From Bacteroidota bacterium (GTDB lineage: Bacteria > Bacteroidota > Bacteroidia > J057), in assembly GCA_039820545.1 (NCBI GenBank), contig JBCBPW010000003.1, positions 6,938 to 70,937 of the forward strand: DNA of 64,000 nucleotides. Direction: 5' to 3'. Under the pieces are notes generated by a model. It was not told the DNA's origin. It saw only the letters and a program-made list of their open reading frames with translations, and ran no database searches. Below, piece after piece: positions 33,601 to 42,747 of the stretch; the stretch's first letter is position 1, and the number at the start of each line of letters is the position of its first letter. The translations under genes were made by a program, and so were the position numbers.

Positions 33601-34296
33601 CTGACTATTTTGCTCCGAAATGGTCCAATAGCGAGTAATGACCGATTGGGTTCGGGCTCCAAAGGGATCTAGCAAAGCGGCAAGCTCTAGATTGTCAATC
33701 TCAGAGATCAACTGTCCTGTAATCAGATACAACACGAAGAGTCCTAATCCCTGGACAAAGACAAATAACAAACGTTTACTTAATGCACCCCCCATGAAAA
33801 AAAGTGCGCCTGAGATGATGGCATTGGGAACAACAACTAGGACAAAGGGCCATAGATAAGAGGCCATCCTGAAGGTCGGTAAAAATCTTTCAGGATCGTT
33901 GAGGGGCCATAGACGACCCGCCATAAGGCCTAGAGAGATACCTGAAAGTACCAAGATCAAGACAATCAATGAGCCAAAGAATCTCCCAAATAGATAGTCA
34001 CGCTTTTTGATCGGGCTAGTAAATAACATCGAGTAGGTCCGATGCTGAAAGTCTCGTAGCACAGGCACCCCCATGATGGCAGAGCTGATGAAAATACCAA
34101 TGATAGACATGATCACTGTCTGATTCATGATGACATTGGGCGCATCCTCCTTGAGACGACCTGCTGCTCCTCCGATGCTGAGATTTTCCCATGTCACGGC
34201 CAGCATACAGATCAAAAACATGATCCCAAAATATATGTAGGTCGCAGGACGCTTCGCCCTGTACCTCAATTCAAATTGTACAATTTTCCAGAGCAT
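30676..34296 (-). CDS. ABC-2-type transporter permease fused to an M1-family zinc aminopeptidase domain
   Basis: The N-terminal ~590 aa contain about 12 hydrophobic segments. The C-terminal ~600 aa carry FGESMGF (GxMEN-like) and the zinc motif HEMAHQWWGH...SE (HEMAH at 31447..31461). The start codon lies 3 nt after the stop of the ABC ATPase gene. Confidence 0.85.
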   Translation of the reverse strand: MLWKIVQFELRYRAKRPATYIYFGIMFLICMLAVTWENLSIGGAAGRLKEDAPNVIMNQTVIMSIIGIFISSAIMGVPVLRDFQHRTYSMLFTSPIKKRDYLFGRFFGSLIVLILVLSGISLGLMAGRLWPLNDPERFLPTFRMASYLWPFVLVVVPNAIISGALFFMGGALSKRLLFVFVQGLGLFVLYLITGQLISEIDNLELAALLDPFGARTQSVITRYWTISEQNSQLLPFTGVVMQNRLIWLGIAIGALALTYFSFSFSTPKKRVRKQKVSAETTSRKDMAVPKIQHFAPEGFRTQLLRIWHLSRLYYREIVRSIPFIAIVAFGLIFVIIGSTNMQAMYGTDPVPKTFLILEILSSFDLFFFIIVIFYAGELIWRERDLRINQIYDSLPFPNDVSLLSKFSGFMMVHATLLLTLIVIGVGIQTAMGYFDFELGIYFSKLFTETFSFLALFSLFAFFVQVMVNNKFLGHGVMILFFITITFVFNEIGLEHPLFDISGGSLGNYSDMNAFDFRSLSFSWDTFYGVAFSLVLFSIAVAFSVRGTDTVFKTRTHLAKLRFVRPLIIFTSLSLIMLFTAGGVIYYNTTVLNDFVTSDELEDVREAYERELKQYMDKPQPRVVETNLEVDIFPYSKDVDIKGFYVMKNKTPIALDTLFIQFPSEQEIRYQDLVFTTFDSSWNGTVSLLEMEAPFKFGIYQFEPALQPGDSFQVSFDGAYRTMGFKESGSGNVEVVRNGTFFNTSYFPAIGYEPSLELSDDDERRKRGLPERERSRPINDSIGLHNNLIGDDADNIRFEILMSTSEDQVALAPGYLQDQYDKDGRRYFRYKMDIPMFNFYSLVSAKYDIVKEKWMAPFGDSINLEIYYHKGHAYNLDRMMQGMKDALAYYSSNFSPYQFRQMRIMEFPRYRSFAQSFANTVPFGESMGFILDVGEDDVDMAYYVTAHEMAHQWWGHQVTQAQVRGGAMMSETLSQYSALMVMKQAYGPEMMQKFLKYELDRYLGGRRRERKKERPLMLVEGQGYIHYRKGSLVMYALQDYIGEDSINVALNRFVDDWAFREDIYPTTIDLLAYFRDVTPDTLQYLITDMFENITLYENRMRETAYTELENGQYKVEMEIHTVKYLADSLGTETQVPMDDWIDVGIFVEDQKGKDSLIYLQKHRFNQDTTNLEIVVDMLPLKAGIDPINKLIDRNPNDNRKNVASKEE

Positions 34297-34299
34297 GGC

Positions 34300-35190
34300 T
34301 TAAGCGTTTACAGGTTGGGAGAGGACAGCATGTATGTAAGAGAAGTACACGTCTTCGAGATCAGCTTGCTCCAGTTCAAACTCTGGGCTGGGTTGAGTCT
34401 CACTGTAGACATGAATCTTGGGCTTGCCAGCGACCATACGATCGGAGATGACCACATAGTTTTCTTTGTGTGCCGCAAGTGCTTCTTTTTCGATGCGCTT
34501 GGTCCATATTTTTCCCTCCACATCCGAAAGCGCTTGTAAGGGGTGGCCACTCATGAGGATTTGTCCTTTGTTGATGATGGCCATATCTGTACACAACTCT
34601 TTGACATCCTCTACGATGTGGGTAGACAAGATGACGACGGCATTTTCTCCCAACTCACTGAGTAGGTTGTGGAATCGGTTTCGTTCGGCAGGGTCGAGAC
34701 CCGCGGTCGGTTCATCTACAATGATCAATTGGGGATTGGCTAGTAGGGCTTGTGCGATACCAAATCGCTGACGCATACCTCCTGAGTACCCACCGAGATT
34801 CTTTTTGCGGACATCATAGAGATTGGTTTTGTAAAGGAGGGCAGCTACGACTTCCTTACGCTCTTTGCCATGCGTGATACCCTTGAGTACGGCCAAATGG
34901 TCTAGCAATGTCTCTGCACTCACACGTGGGTACACCCCAAACTCCTGCGGGAGATAGCCTAACACCTGTCGGACACGATCCTTTTCTTTCAATACATCGA
35001 TATCGCCTAGTTGGATGGTACCTTCATCTGGCTCTTGCAAGGTCGCTATGGTGCGCATGAGGGATGATTTTCCTGCTCCGTTGGGACCGAGTAGCCCAAA
35101 CATACCCGTAGAGATGTCGAGTGAGACGTTTTGCAAGGCTTTCACACCGTTGGGGTAGGTCTTGGAAAGGTTGCGTATGGTTAAATTCAT
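34300..35190 (-). CDS. ABC transporter ATP-binding protein
   Basis: Walker A GPNGAGKSS, signature YSGGMRQR, Walker B LIIVDEPTAGLD. Confidence 0.95.
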   Translation of the reverse strand: MNLTIRNLSKTYPNGVKALQNVSLDISTGMFGLLGPNGAGKSSLMRTIATLQEPDEGTIQLGDIDVLKEKDRVRQVLGYLPQEFGVYPRVSAETLLDHLAVLKGITHGKERKEVVAALLYKTNLYDVRKKNLGGYSGGMRQRFGIAQALLANPQLIIVDEPTAGLDPAERNRFHNLLSELGENAVVILSTHIVEDVKELCTDMAIINKGQILMSGHPLQALSDVEGKIWTKRIEKEALAAHKENYVVISDRMVAGKPKIHVYSETQPSPEFELEQADLEDVYFSYIHAVLSQPVNA

Positions 35191-35435
35191 GTAGTCGGTA
35201 GGTTAGGGTTAAGATTGATAGTTGGAGATAAGATGTTGCCCTATTTTGCGATAGGGTGAATATGTTACAGATAGAATATCATACAGAAAGGATGGGAGGC
35301 ACTCGTGCATGATCTATCAATGTAAGGTATCCTTCGATCAAATATGTCATTCTATCGATATCAAAATGCTCATTTTTAGGTGAGATCTGAAGAATCCTAT
35401 CTAATTTGAGTTTTTAGCCAGCAATTCTAATTTCT

Positions 35436-36326
35436 ATGCAAAGATCAACTATTACTGCCCTTCTCGCCTTCTGCATGGGCATCTGCTTGTTTCTATTTTC
35501 TCCTGCTTACTCTTTCGCGCAGATGGAGACCGATGTATTTCTCATTCCCTTGTCCTATGAAGGAGATCAAATGAAACTGGGAGAAGCAAAAAATATCACG
35601 AATCGGAAAGGCTATGACAATCAACCTTCTTTCTCACCAGATGGTAGCAGAGTCTTTTATGTAGCAGCGGATGACTCAGGGCAGTCGGACGTTTTTTTCT
35701 ACGATCTCCAACAAGGGAGACCCTATAAGATGACACAAACACCCTTGAGGAAGGAGTATTCGCCTAAAATGACACCTGACGGCAAGCACTTTACAGCTGT
35801 AGCGATAGAGAAAGATGGAGTCACCCAGCGAATTTGGAAGTATGGATTGGAACAAGGAGAAGGAGTATTGATGGAAAAGATAGATTCCGTAGGGTACTAT
35901 GACTGGATCGATGCTGATCATCTAGGATTCTTTGTATTGACAGATCCTTTTACCTTGCAAGTGACCAATATCCAGACGCAGGAGCCTCAGGTCATCGCAG
36001 AAAATATCGGCAGTGCCATACACACCCAGCCAGGGACAGATACGCTGACGTTTGTGAGAAAAGATGGGGAAGGCCGCGCATTTATTTGTGCCTATCATCG
36101 CGGCTTGAAGGAGGTGAAAGTGCTGGCAGAAACCCTTGGAGGTTCGGAAGACTTTTGCTGGTCTGCAAGAGGGACGTTGCTATTGGGAGATGAGCAAGCT
36201 TTGTATGAGCTAAATCCCTATACAGGAGAGGAATGGGAAAAAGTAGCAGATCTAACAGTCGGTCGTTTTTATAGACCCAAAGTGAGTCCTGATGGGAAAT
36301 ATTTGGCGATCGTCGTCTATCAATAG
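35436..36326 (+). CDS. secreted TolB-like beta-propeller repeat protein
   Basis: Signal peptide, plus repeated PD40-like motifs NQPSFSPDGSRVFY, YSPKMTPDGKHF and YRPKVSPDGKYL. Confidence 0.7.
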   Translation: MQRSTITALLAFCMGICLFLFSPAYSFAQMETDVFLIPLSYEGDQMKLGEAKNITNRKGYDNQPSFSPDGSRVFYVAADDSGQSDVFFYDLQQGRPYKMTQTPLRKEYSPKMTPDGKHFTAVAIEKDGVTQRIWKYGLEQGEGVLMEKIDSVGYYDWIDADHLGFFVLTDPFTLQVTNIQTQEPQVIAENIGSAIHTQPGTDTLTFVRKDGEGRAFICAYHRGLKEVKVLAETLGGSEDFCWSARGTLLLGDEQALYELNPYTGEEWEKVADLTVGRFYRPKVSPDGKYLAIVVYQ

Positions 36327-36491
36327 CCTCGATTCTGGATACACTTGAACTGATATTCTGTCAATTCACAAACGGAAAATTACTTTTCTAAAGAATCTTT
36401 TTGCTTTTGACTGGCGATTTGGGAGGCTTAATAAATTTTTCCCTAATTTGAACCCGAAAACATAAGGAAATTAACATACGCCGAATATAAC

Positions 36492-37475
36492 ATGAGAGAG
36501 ATACAATTTCGTGAGGCCCTTCGAGAAGCCATGAGTGAGGAAATGCGCCGTGATGAGCGCGTGTACCTAATGGGAGAAGAAGTGGCTGAATATAATGGTG
36601 CGTACAAAGTAAGCCAGGGCATGCTGGCCGAGTTTGGCGAAAAGCGCGTGATCGACACCCCCATCTCTGAGCTAGGTTTTTCTGGGATTGGAGTAGGATC
36701 TGCTATGATTGGCTTGCGTCCCATCATCGAGTTCATGACGTTCAACTTCTCGTTGGTAGCGATTGATCAGGTGATCAATAACGCCGCTAAAATGCACCAG
36801 ATGAGTGGAGGACAGTATCATGTCCCGATCGTATTCCGTGGTCCGAGTCAGTCTGCTGGGCAGCTTGCAGCTACGCACTCCCAGTCCTTGGAGAGCTGGT
36901 ACGCCAATACACCAGGATTGAAAGTCGTTTCGGTATCTACACCTGCTGATGCGAAAGGTCTGTTGAAGACTGCTATTCGTGATGAAAATCCTGTATTGGT
37001 CATGGAATCTGAGCAGATGTACGGAGACAAAGGACCTGTACCTGAAGGAGAAGAATTCTTAATTCCTATCGGAGTAGCTGATGTCAAGCGTCCAGGTACA
37101 GATGTCACGATCGTCACCTTTGGGAAAATGGTACATGTGTGCCTAGATGCAGCAGCAGAGCTCGCCAAGAATGGCGTAGAAGCAGAAGTCATCGACCTGC
37201 GCTCACTTCGTCCGATCGACTACGATGCAATCATCCAGTCTGTCAAGAAGACCAACCGCTGTATAGTAGTAGAGGAGAACTGGCCTTTGGCGGCATTTTC
37301 TGGAGAGTTGACCTATATGATTCAGAAGCGCGCCTTCGATTATATGGATTCACCTGTAGTACGTGTGACAGGACGTGATACGCCCATGGCATTCTCCCAG
37401 TCACTCGTAGATGCGTTTTTGCCCAACGTGAAGCGCGTGATCGACGGTGTAAATGCCGTAATGTATCGCAACTAA
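36492..37475 (+). CDS. pdhB: pyruvate/2-oxoacid dehydrogenase E1 component beta subunit
   Basis: Typical E1-beta sequence throughout (REALREAMSEEMRRDERVYLMGEEVAEYNGAYKVSQG..., IDTPISE, 327 aa). Confidence 0.9.
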   Translation: MREIQFREALREAMSEEMRRDERVYLMGEEVAEYNGAYKVSQGMLAEFGEKRVIDTPISELGFSGIGVGSAMIGLRPIIEFMTFNFSLVAIDQVINNAAKMHQMSGGQYHVPIVFRGPSQSAGQLAATHSQSLESWYANTPGLKVVSVSTPADAKGLLKTAIRDENPVLVMESEQMYGDKGPVPEGEEFLIPIGVADVKRPGTDVTIVTFGKMVHVCLDAAAELAKNGVEAEVIDLRSLRPIDYDAIIQSVKKTNRCIVVEENWPLAAFSGELTYMIQKRAFDYMDSPVVRVTGRDTPMAFSQSLVDAFLPNVKRVIDGVNAVMYRN

Positions 37476-37496
37476 TTTTAGCTAAAATATATTTGC

Positions 37497-37530
37497 AAGC
37501 TCCTAATTATTTGATTAGGAGCTTTTTATT
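37497..37530 (+). terminator. rho-independent terminator
   Basis: Perfect 11-bp stem aagctcctaat (37497..37507) with attaggagctt (37514..37524), followed by tttta ttt. Confidence 0.7.
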
Positions 37531-37645
37531 TGATTAAAATTTAAATCAGACTTACTAATTTTGTATTTTTTGGGGTGAAAATGAAAGAGGTATCTCCCGT
37601 AAATTTGTAGTGTAAAGATCAAAGAAACCTATTCAACTATTTGCC

Positions 37646-38320
37646 ATGACACCCCTCAATACCTACAACATGAATACAGACCTTACACTACTTAGCGATG
37701 AAGTCCTGATTAATCGTATCGTAAATCAGAAAGAAGAAGCGCTTTACAGCGTGCTTTATGACCGATACATGGATAAGGTATTTCGCAAGTGCATGTCTTT
37801 CGTGAAAAATGAGGATGTAGCGATGGATATGGTGCAGGACATTCTCTTGAAAGCCTACACTAGACTGGATCGCTTCAAAGGAAACAGCAAATTTTCGACT
37901 TGGCTATATGCCATTACTTATAATTACTGTGTGGAGCACTACCGCAAAGAGACCCGATATACCCAAATCGACATCAACGAAGGAGCGGATATTGCAGAAC
38001 CCGATGACCAGTTCTTAAATGACCTCCAGTCATCCAGAACCACCAAGCTCAAAAAAGCACTTGAGCGAATCTCAGAAGAAGATCGCGACCTACTCGTGAT
38101 GAAATATTACCAAAATATTTCGATCAAAGAGTTGATGGAGAAACTACAAATCACAGAGAGTGCAGTGAAAATGAGATTGGCACGCGCCCGTCAGCGCATC
38201 AAGCATCTCATTAGCCAAGCAGAAGCGATCGAAGATACTTTCAAGGCCCCTCGTAATTTGATGCCTGTGATGGTTTCTGAATCTATGATGAGCTATCATT
38301 CTTTCAGTTCTGTTGCTTAA
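37646..38320 (+). CDS. ECF-type RNA polymerase sigma-70 family factor
   Basis: Region 2 (FSTWLYAITYNYCVEHYRK) and region 4 HTH (ISIKELMEKLQITESAVKMRLARARQRI). No adjacent anti-sigma gene is evident. Confidence 0.85.
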   Translation: MTPLNTYNMNTDLTLLSDEVLINRIVNQKEEALYSVLYDRYMDKVFRKCMSFVKNEDVAMDMVQDILLKAYTRLDRFKGNSKFSTWLYAITYNYCVEHYRKETRYTQIDINEGADIAEPDDQFLNDLQSSRTTKLKKALERISEEDRDLLVMKYYQNISIKELMEKLQITESAVKMRLARARQRIKHLISQAEAIEDTFKAPRNLMPVMVSESMMSYHSFSSVA

Positions 38321-38421
38321 CCTAGTAAACAAAGATTGAAGGGATAAACCGTGTAAATCCCCAACCCTTCATTTTTCACAAGAAATACCCTAATCCAATT
38401 ATTTGATATTCCCCCTTTCAG

Positions 38422-38451
38422 CAGACAGCGATTTCGCTGTCTGTTTTTTTT
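38422..38451 (+). terminator. rho-independent terminator
   Basis: cagacagcg-attt-cgctgtctg followed by tttttttt. Confidence 0.75.
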
Positions 38452-38624
38452 GTGAAAAAAGTGTAATTTCATTCGTTATAGAGCCTAATGTATATGTCAG
38501 CGTAAATAGCCGCAGTTCCTTAAGAGCTTGCGCTGGGACCCATTAATCTCTATTTTCTCCTAGATTAAGCGCAGGTTAGGTCTCTGCTCTCGATTCTCTA
38601 AGTCTTTTCTCTTAATCACACACC

Positions 38625-39740
38625 ATGAAATTCCACAACCAATATCTCCTCGCTCTAAGCTTGACCAAAGGGATAGGACCCGTCACTGTCAAAAATCTCA
38701 TTGCTTACTGCGGAAGCCCAGAGGCTGTATTCTCTGCCCCCAGGGGCAAACTGATGCGCACACCTGGCGTAGGAAACGAGATCGTAGGTCGTCTCCAAAG
38801 CATGGCACATCTTGAGCGAGCAGAAAAAGAACTGAACTTCTGTGCCAAACACAACATTGAGATTTTGACCTATCTGGATGAAGCCTACCCACAATCTTTG
38901 AAGTACATTCACAATGCGCCATTGGTCCTATTCAAAAAAGGAAAAATTAATCTCAACGCGCAGCCTGCGATTGCGATTGTCGGGACGAGAAAGGCAACAG
39001 ACTATGGAAAATGGATGGCGGAGAAGTTTGCGCACTTTTTTGCTGAAAAGGGGATCAATGTTGTCAGTGGTATGGCCTATGGGGTAGACATTGCAGCGCA
39101 TAGAGCCGTATTGAAAAAAGAAGGTAAGACGACAGCTGTCCTTGCGCATGGATTGGATACACTCTATCCAGGCAGCCATGCCCAGAAGGCCAGAGAAATG
39201 CTCGAAGCGGGAGGTTGGGTCACAGAGTACTTTACAGGGACGAAACCCGAAGCACCCCATTTTCCTGCCAGGAACCGCATCATTGCTGGAATGAGTCGAG
39301 CCGTGGTCATCGTAGAGGCAAGTAAGAAAGGGGGTGCATTGATTACCGCACGCAATGCTTTTGAGCAGAATCGTGAGGTCTATGCGATTCCAGGTAGGGT
39401 AGGGGATGGATATTCGGTAGGATGCAATGCGCTGATTCGAGATCAAGTGGCCAAATTGGTTCTAGATCCGCTAGAGGTACTAGAAGATCTAGATATTCAA
39501 TGGCAGCATCATGACGATCAGACGGAGCAGTTGCAAATGATTTTGGCACCCTTGCCCGATCATCTTTCTACCTCCGAACTCAAAGTCCTCAACCTCCTCT
39601 CAAAGGGAGAGCGCATCGTCGATGACATTGCCCATCACACAGGGATTCCGATGGCACAGCTTTCTCCCTTGTTGCTTACACTGGAGTTCAAAGAGATGCT
39701 GAGACAATTGCCAGGGAAGAAGTTTAGAAGGATCAGATAG
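38625..39740 (+). CDS. dprA: DNA-processing protein DprA (Smf)
   Basis: Rossmann-like core with IAIVGTRKAT, SGMAYGVDIAAHRA and GGALITA. N-terminal HhH-like and C-terminal winged-helix-like extensions. Confidence 0.9.
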   Translation: MKFHNQYLLALSLTKGIGPVTVKNLIAYCGSPEAVFSAPRGKLMRTPGVGNEIVGRLQSMAHLERAEKELNFCAKHNIEILTYLDEAYPQSLKYIHNAPLVLFKKGKINLNAQPAIAIVGTRKATDYGKWMAEKFAHFFAEKGINVVSGMAYGVDIAAHRAVLKKEGKTTAVLAHGLDTLYPGSHAQKAREMLEAGGWVTEYFTGTKPEAPHFPARNRIIAGMSRAVVIVEASKKGGALITARNAFEQNREVYAIPGRVGDGYSVGCNALIRDQVAKLVLDPLEVLEDLDIQWQHHDDQTEQLQMILAPLPDHLSTSELKVLNLLSKGERIVDDIAHHTGIPMAQLSPLLLTLEFKEMLRQLPGKKFRRIR

Positions 39741-39814
39741 CCGCTACAAGAAATGCGGCATGCGAAGGGAGAAGTTATTTTGTTACCTTCTTTTATCATT
39801 ATCATCCATCACAT

Positions 39815-40498
39815 ATGGAATCAATAGAAGAGTTATTTAGAAAAGCCATTGAAGATCAGGTATTCACACGGGAAGAAAGAAGAACGATTGCCAGAGCACT
39901 ACAGGAGGAGGAGTTGGACCCTAAAACCTTGGGCCATTTAAAGGCTCAGCTTTTTCAGATGGCAGGAGAGGAAATGGATGACATGCGGAACGATCGTATC
40001 CTCGAATGGTTGCGTCAAGCCGTAAAGCTCCTGGTCAAAGCTGGCAAGCCTATCTACGATCACCAAGTATATTTCAGTCCTGGGGCGGATTGCCTTCGAG
40101 CCATCTGTGAGCAGATCCAGCAGACCCGTTCCCAACTGGATATATGCGTTTTTACCATTAGCGATGATCGAATCTCCAAAGAGATCATTGCAGCTCACAA
40201 GCGTCGCGTCGACGTGCGCATCATCACAGACAACGACAAGCTGTATGACCGAGGATCAGATGTCGAGCAATTTGCCGAAGAAGGCATCGACGTGCGTGTG
40301 GATCAGACCCGCTACCATATGCACCATAAGTTTGCCCTGATCGATCAAAAAATCCTGCTCACAGGGAGCTACAACTGGACGCGTTCTGCCGCTGAAAATA
40401 ATGAGGAAAATATCCTCCTGACAGATCAACCCGATTTGGTGAAGCCCTACCAAAAAGCTTTCCAGGATATGTGGCGGCAAATGACACCTTTTCAGTAG
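39815..40498 (+). CDS. phospholipase D-superfamily (single HKD, Nuc-like) protein with ~80-aa helical N-terminal extension
   Basis: HKD motif HMHHKFALIDQKILLTGSYNWTRSA (His at 40325..40327). Confidence 0.8.
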   Translation: MESIEELFRKAIEDQVFTREERRTIARALQEEELDPKTLGHLKAQLFQMAGEEMDDMRNDRILEWLRQAVKLLVKAGKPIYDHQVYFSPGADCLRAICEQIQQTRSQLDICVFTISDDRISKEIIAAHKRRVDVRIITDNDKLYDRGSDVEQFAEEGIDVRVDQTRYHMHHKFALIDQKILLTGSYNWTRSAAENNEENILLTDQPDLVKPYQKAFQDMWRQMTPFQ

Positions 40499-40671
40499 CA
40501 AAAGAAACGAAATGAACCCATTTCAAGGGGTATACCCATAATGTGGAGATATTTTCTTTCCTGACAAGGGGAATGCGTTTAACTTTGGGCATTGTTAAGT
40601 AAAGGTGGGAGAGAAGCTTTTACTACGAAAGTAGGCCTCATACCTGACCGAACCATTTTCGTAGAGATTCT

Positions 40672-41691
40672 ATGGCCTTTCAGGAAATCATTCAAAATAT
40701 AGGTGCCCAAAAGTTTGCTCCTGTGTATTACTTACACGGAGAGGAAACATTTTTTATAGATAAAATTGTAGAAGCACTCGATGAGAAGGGGGCAGTCCTC
40801 CAGCCTGGGGAAGATGCCTTCAACCGGACCCTCATGTATGGTCCTGAGACCTCGGCCAGCCAGCTTGTCAACGCTTGCCGAAGCTTCCCCGTCATGGCGC
40901 AACGCCGATTGGTCATCCTCAAGGAGGCACATCGGATGCCCAAAAATGAGATCGAAAAACTGGTTCCCTACTTTTCTCAGCCTGTACCTAGCACCGTTTT
41001 GGTGATGGCGTTTAAGGATCGACGGGTGGGGCTGCCCAAAGCTGCGATCACTGCCTTGGGCAAACATGGAGGGGTAGACCTACATGCCAAAAAGCTTTAT
41101 GACCGCGATGTCACACAGTGGGTAGAGAGAATACTTAAGACCAGTGGACTCAAAAGTGAGCCCGGCATTGCGGAAATTCTCGTGACCAACCTTGGCCTTA
41201 ATCTGAATTTGATCGAGAATGAGTTAGAGAAAATGTGGGTCTTCTTGAAGGCTACAGGGCAGGATACATTGACGAAGGCCTTTGTTTTTGAGATGATCAA
41301 TGTAGACAAGGAATTCAATGTCTTCGAGTTGATTGGTGCCTTGAGTCATCGCAAGGTCTTCCAGGCACATATGATCATAGACAGGTTGACTCAGAATACG
41401 AAAATTCATGCGCCTACCTTGGTCGTGTCTAATCTGTTTCGCTTCTTTCACTACGTAGCCCTGGTTCACAGGCACCAGCTCCGCGACCCCAACTCCATCA
41501 AGCATAAATTAGGCGTCAATTATTTTCAGGCCAGAGATTATGCTAGGGCCAGCTCACTCTATCCTTTGGGGATTGTCTACCGCAACCTAGGATATATCGA
41601 AGAGGTGGACCGTACGCTCAAGGGCCTGATTCCCACACACACAAGTGAGCGTCATCTACTGAAAACGCTCGTGTGGCGACTCCTAAATTAA
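40672..41691 (+). CDS. holA: DNA polymerase III delta subunit
   Basis: Typical HolA N-terminus (FAPVYYLHGEETFFIDKI), size of 339 aa and helical C-terminal domains. Confidence 0.8.
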   Translation: MAFQEIIQNIGAQKFAPVYYLHGEETFFIDKIVEALDEKGAVLQPGEDAFNRTLMYGPETSASQLVNACRSFPVMAQRRLVILKEAHRMPKNEIEKLVPYFSQPVPSTVLVMAFKDRRVGLPKAAITALGKHGGVDLHAKKLYDRDVTQWVERILKTSGLKSEPGIAEILVTNLGLNLNLIENELEKMWVFLKATGQDTLTKAFVFEMINVDKEFNVFELIGALSHRKVFQAHMIIDRLTQNTKIHAPTLVVSNLFRFFHYVALVHRHQLRDPNSIKHKLGVNYFQARDYARASSLYPLGIVYRNLGYIEEVDRTLKGLIPTHTSERHLLKTLVWRLLN

Positions 41692-41788
41692 GTCCATGCG
41701 CAAGCTGGGAGACAACCCCTATGGCCTAGGTTTCGTCTCTTAGCAAAGTTTCCTTCCATTTGTATATACCTTATTAAGCATACTTTAG

Positions 41789-42523
41789 ATGAAACAACGT
41801 CTCCTATTACTCTTGACTGCATTGTGCTTCGGAAGTACCGCCACATTTGCCCAAATCGATGATTTTAATATTTCTCTCCAGTTTGGATATAATTTTAGCA
41901 ATCTCAATCCTGGAGTGATGAACTTCACCATTGATAGTACGTACGTACCCAACAACCCAGATGACGATCCGCAAATGGGCAACATCCGTTGGACAAATGG
42001 ATTTTCGGGAGGTATAGGATATCACCGTCGGAGGGCGAGTTTCCGCTTGCATGGGCATCTCTTGTCTGGGACAACCTTTGCAACGGGAGAAAACGCGCAG
42101 GGAGAACTCATACGTACAACAGTTGGCTTTTCTGGTAGTTCTGTAGGCATAGATTTGACGACAGAATTGATCGATTTCGACTTCTTCGCTGTGGGAGTCG
42201 GTGCGGGCTTGACGATGAATAACTTCCAGACACAGTTGTCACGTGTGCCTGTGGCCTCATTTTCAGAGACAGACGCGCTCCCTGTCATTTCTGATGATTG
42301 GAAATTTGGTTTCAAGCTACACCTGCCTTTGCGATTCAAGGCACCTTCTTACGTTGCTTTATCATTGGAACCTTACTTTCTGGTCTTCTTCTCTCCTGTA
42401 GATTTCGAGCCCTTCAATGAAGCTTTGAATGGAGCTGGCGCTACGCAGGGACGTTTGTTTGACGAGATGGACCACTTCGGGGTCAATGGTTCGATCATCA
42501 TCTACCTATTTAATAGGAAGTAG
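41789..42523 (+). CDS. outer-membrane beta-barrel protein (porin-like, hypothetical)
   Basis: Signal peptide MKQRLLLLLTALCFGSTATFAQ. Alternating hydrophobic beta-strand pattern with an aromatic residue near the C-terminus (IIIYLFNRK). Confidence 0.5.
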   Translation: MKQRLLLLLTALCFGSTATFAQIDDFNISLQFGYNFSNLNPGVMNFTIDSTYVPNNPDDDPQMGNIRWTNGFSGGIGYHRRRASFRLHGHLLSGTTFATGENAQGELIRTTVGFSGSSVGIDLTTELIDFDFFAVGVGAGLTMNNFQTQLSRVPVASFSETDALPVISDDWKFGFKLHLPLRFKAPSYVALSLEPYFLVFFSPVDFEPFNEALNGAGATQGRLFDEMDHFGVNGSIIIYLFNRK

Positions 42524-42588
42524 AGGGGGTTCATTTAAACGACTTTCTCACTTCAGTAGACAGATAAAAGCGGGTTAAATAGTACACG

Positions 42589-42650
42589 CTTTGAGCATGG
42601 GACTAAACTCCACATGCTATATGACACTGTCCCTTCAGGATAATGAACAA
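42589..42650 (-). repeat. 62-nt conserved intergenic box (copy 2, inverted orientation)
   Basis: Its reverse complement matches 20674..20735 at 53/62 positions. It lies in the convergent intergenic region about 100 nt downstream of the SDR gene stop on the same strand. Confidence 0.85.
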
Positions 42651-42747
42651 GCTTTGAACCCTGAAAGGGTGGCATCATGTAGGCTAGTGGTTTCAACCCT
42701 AGACTAAAGGATCAATTTCTATCACCCCATTTCTTGTGTCCACCTAC

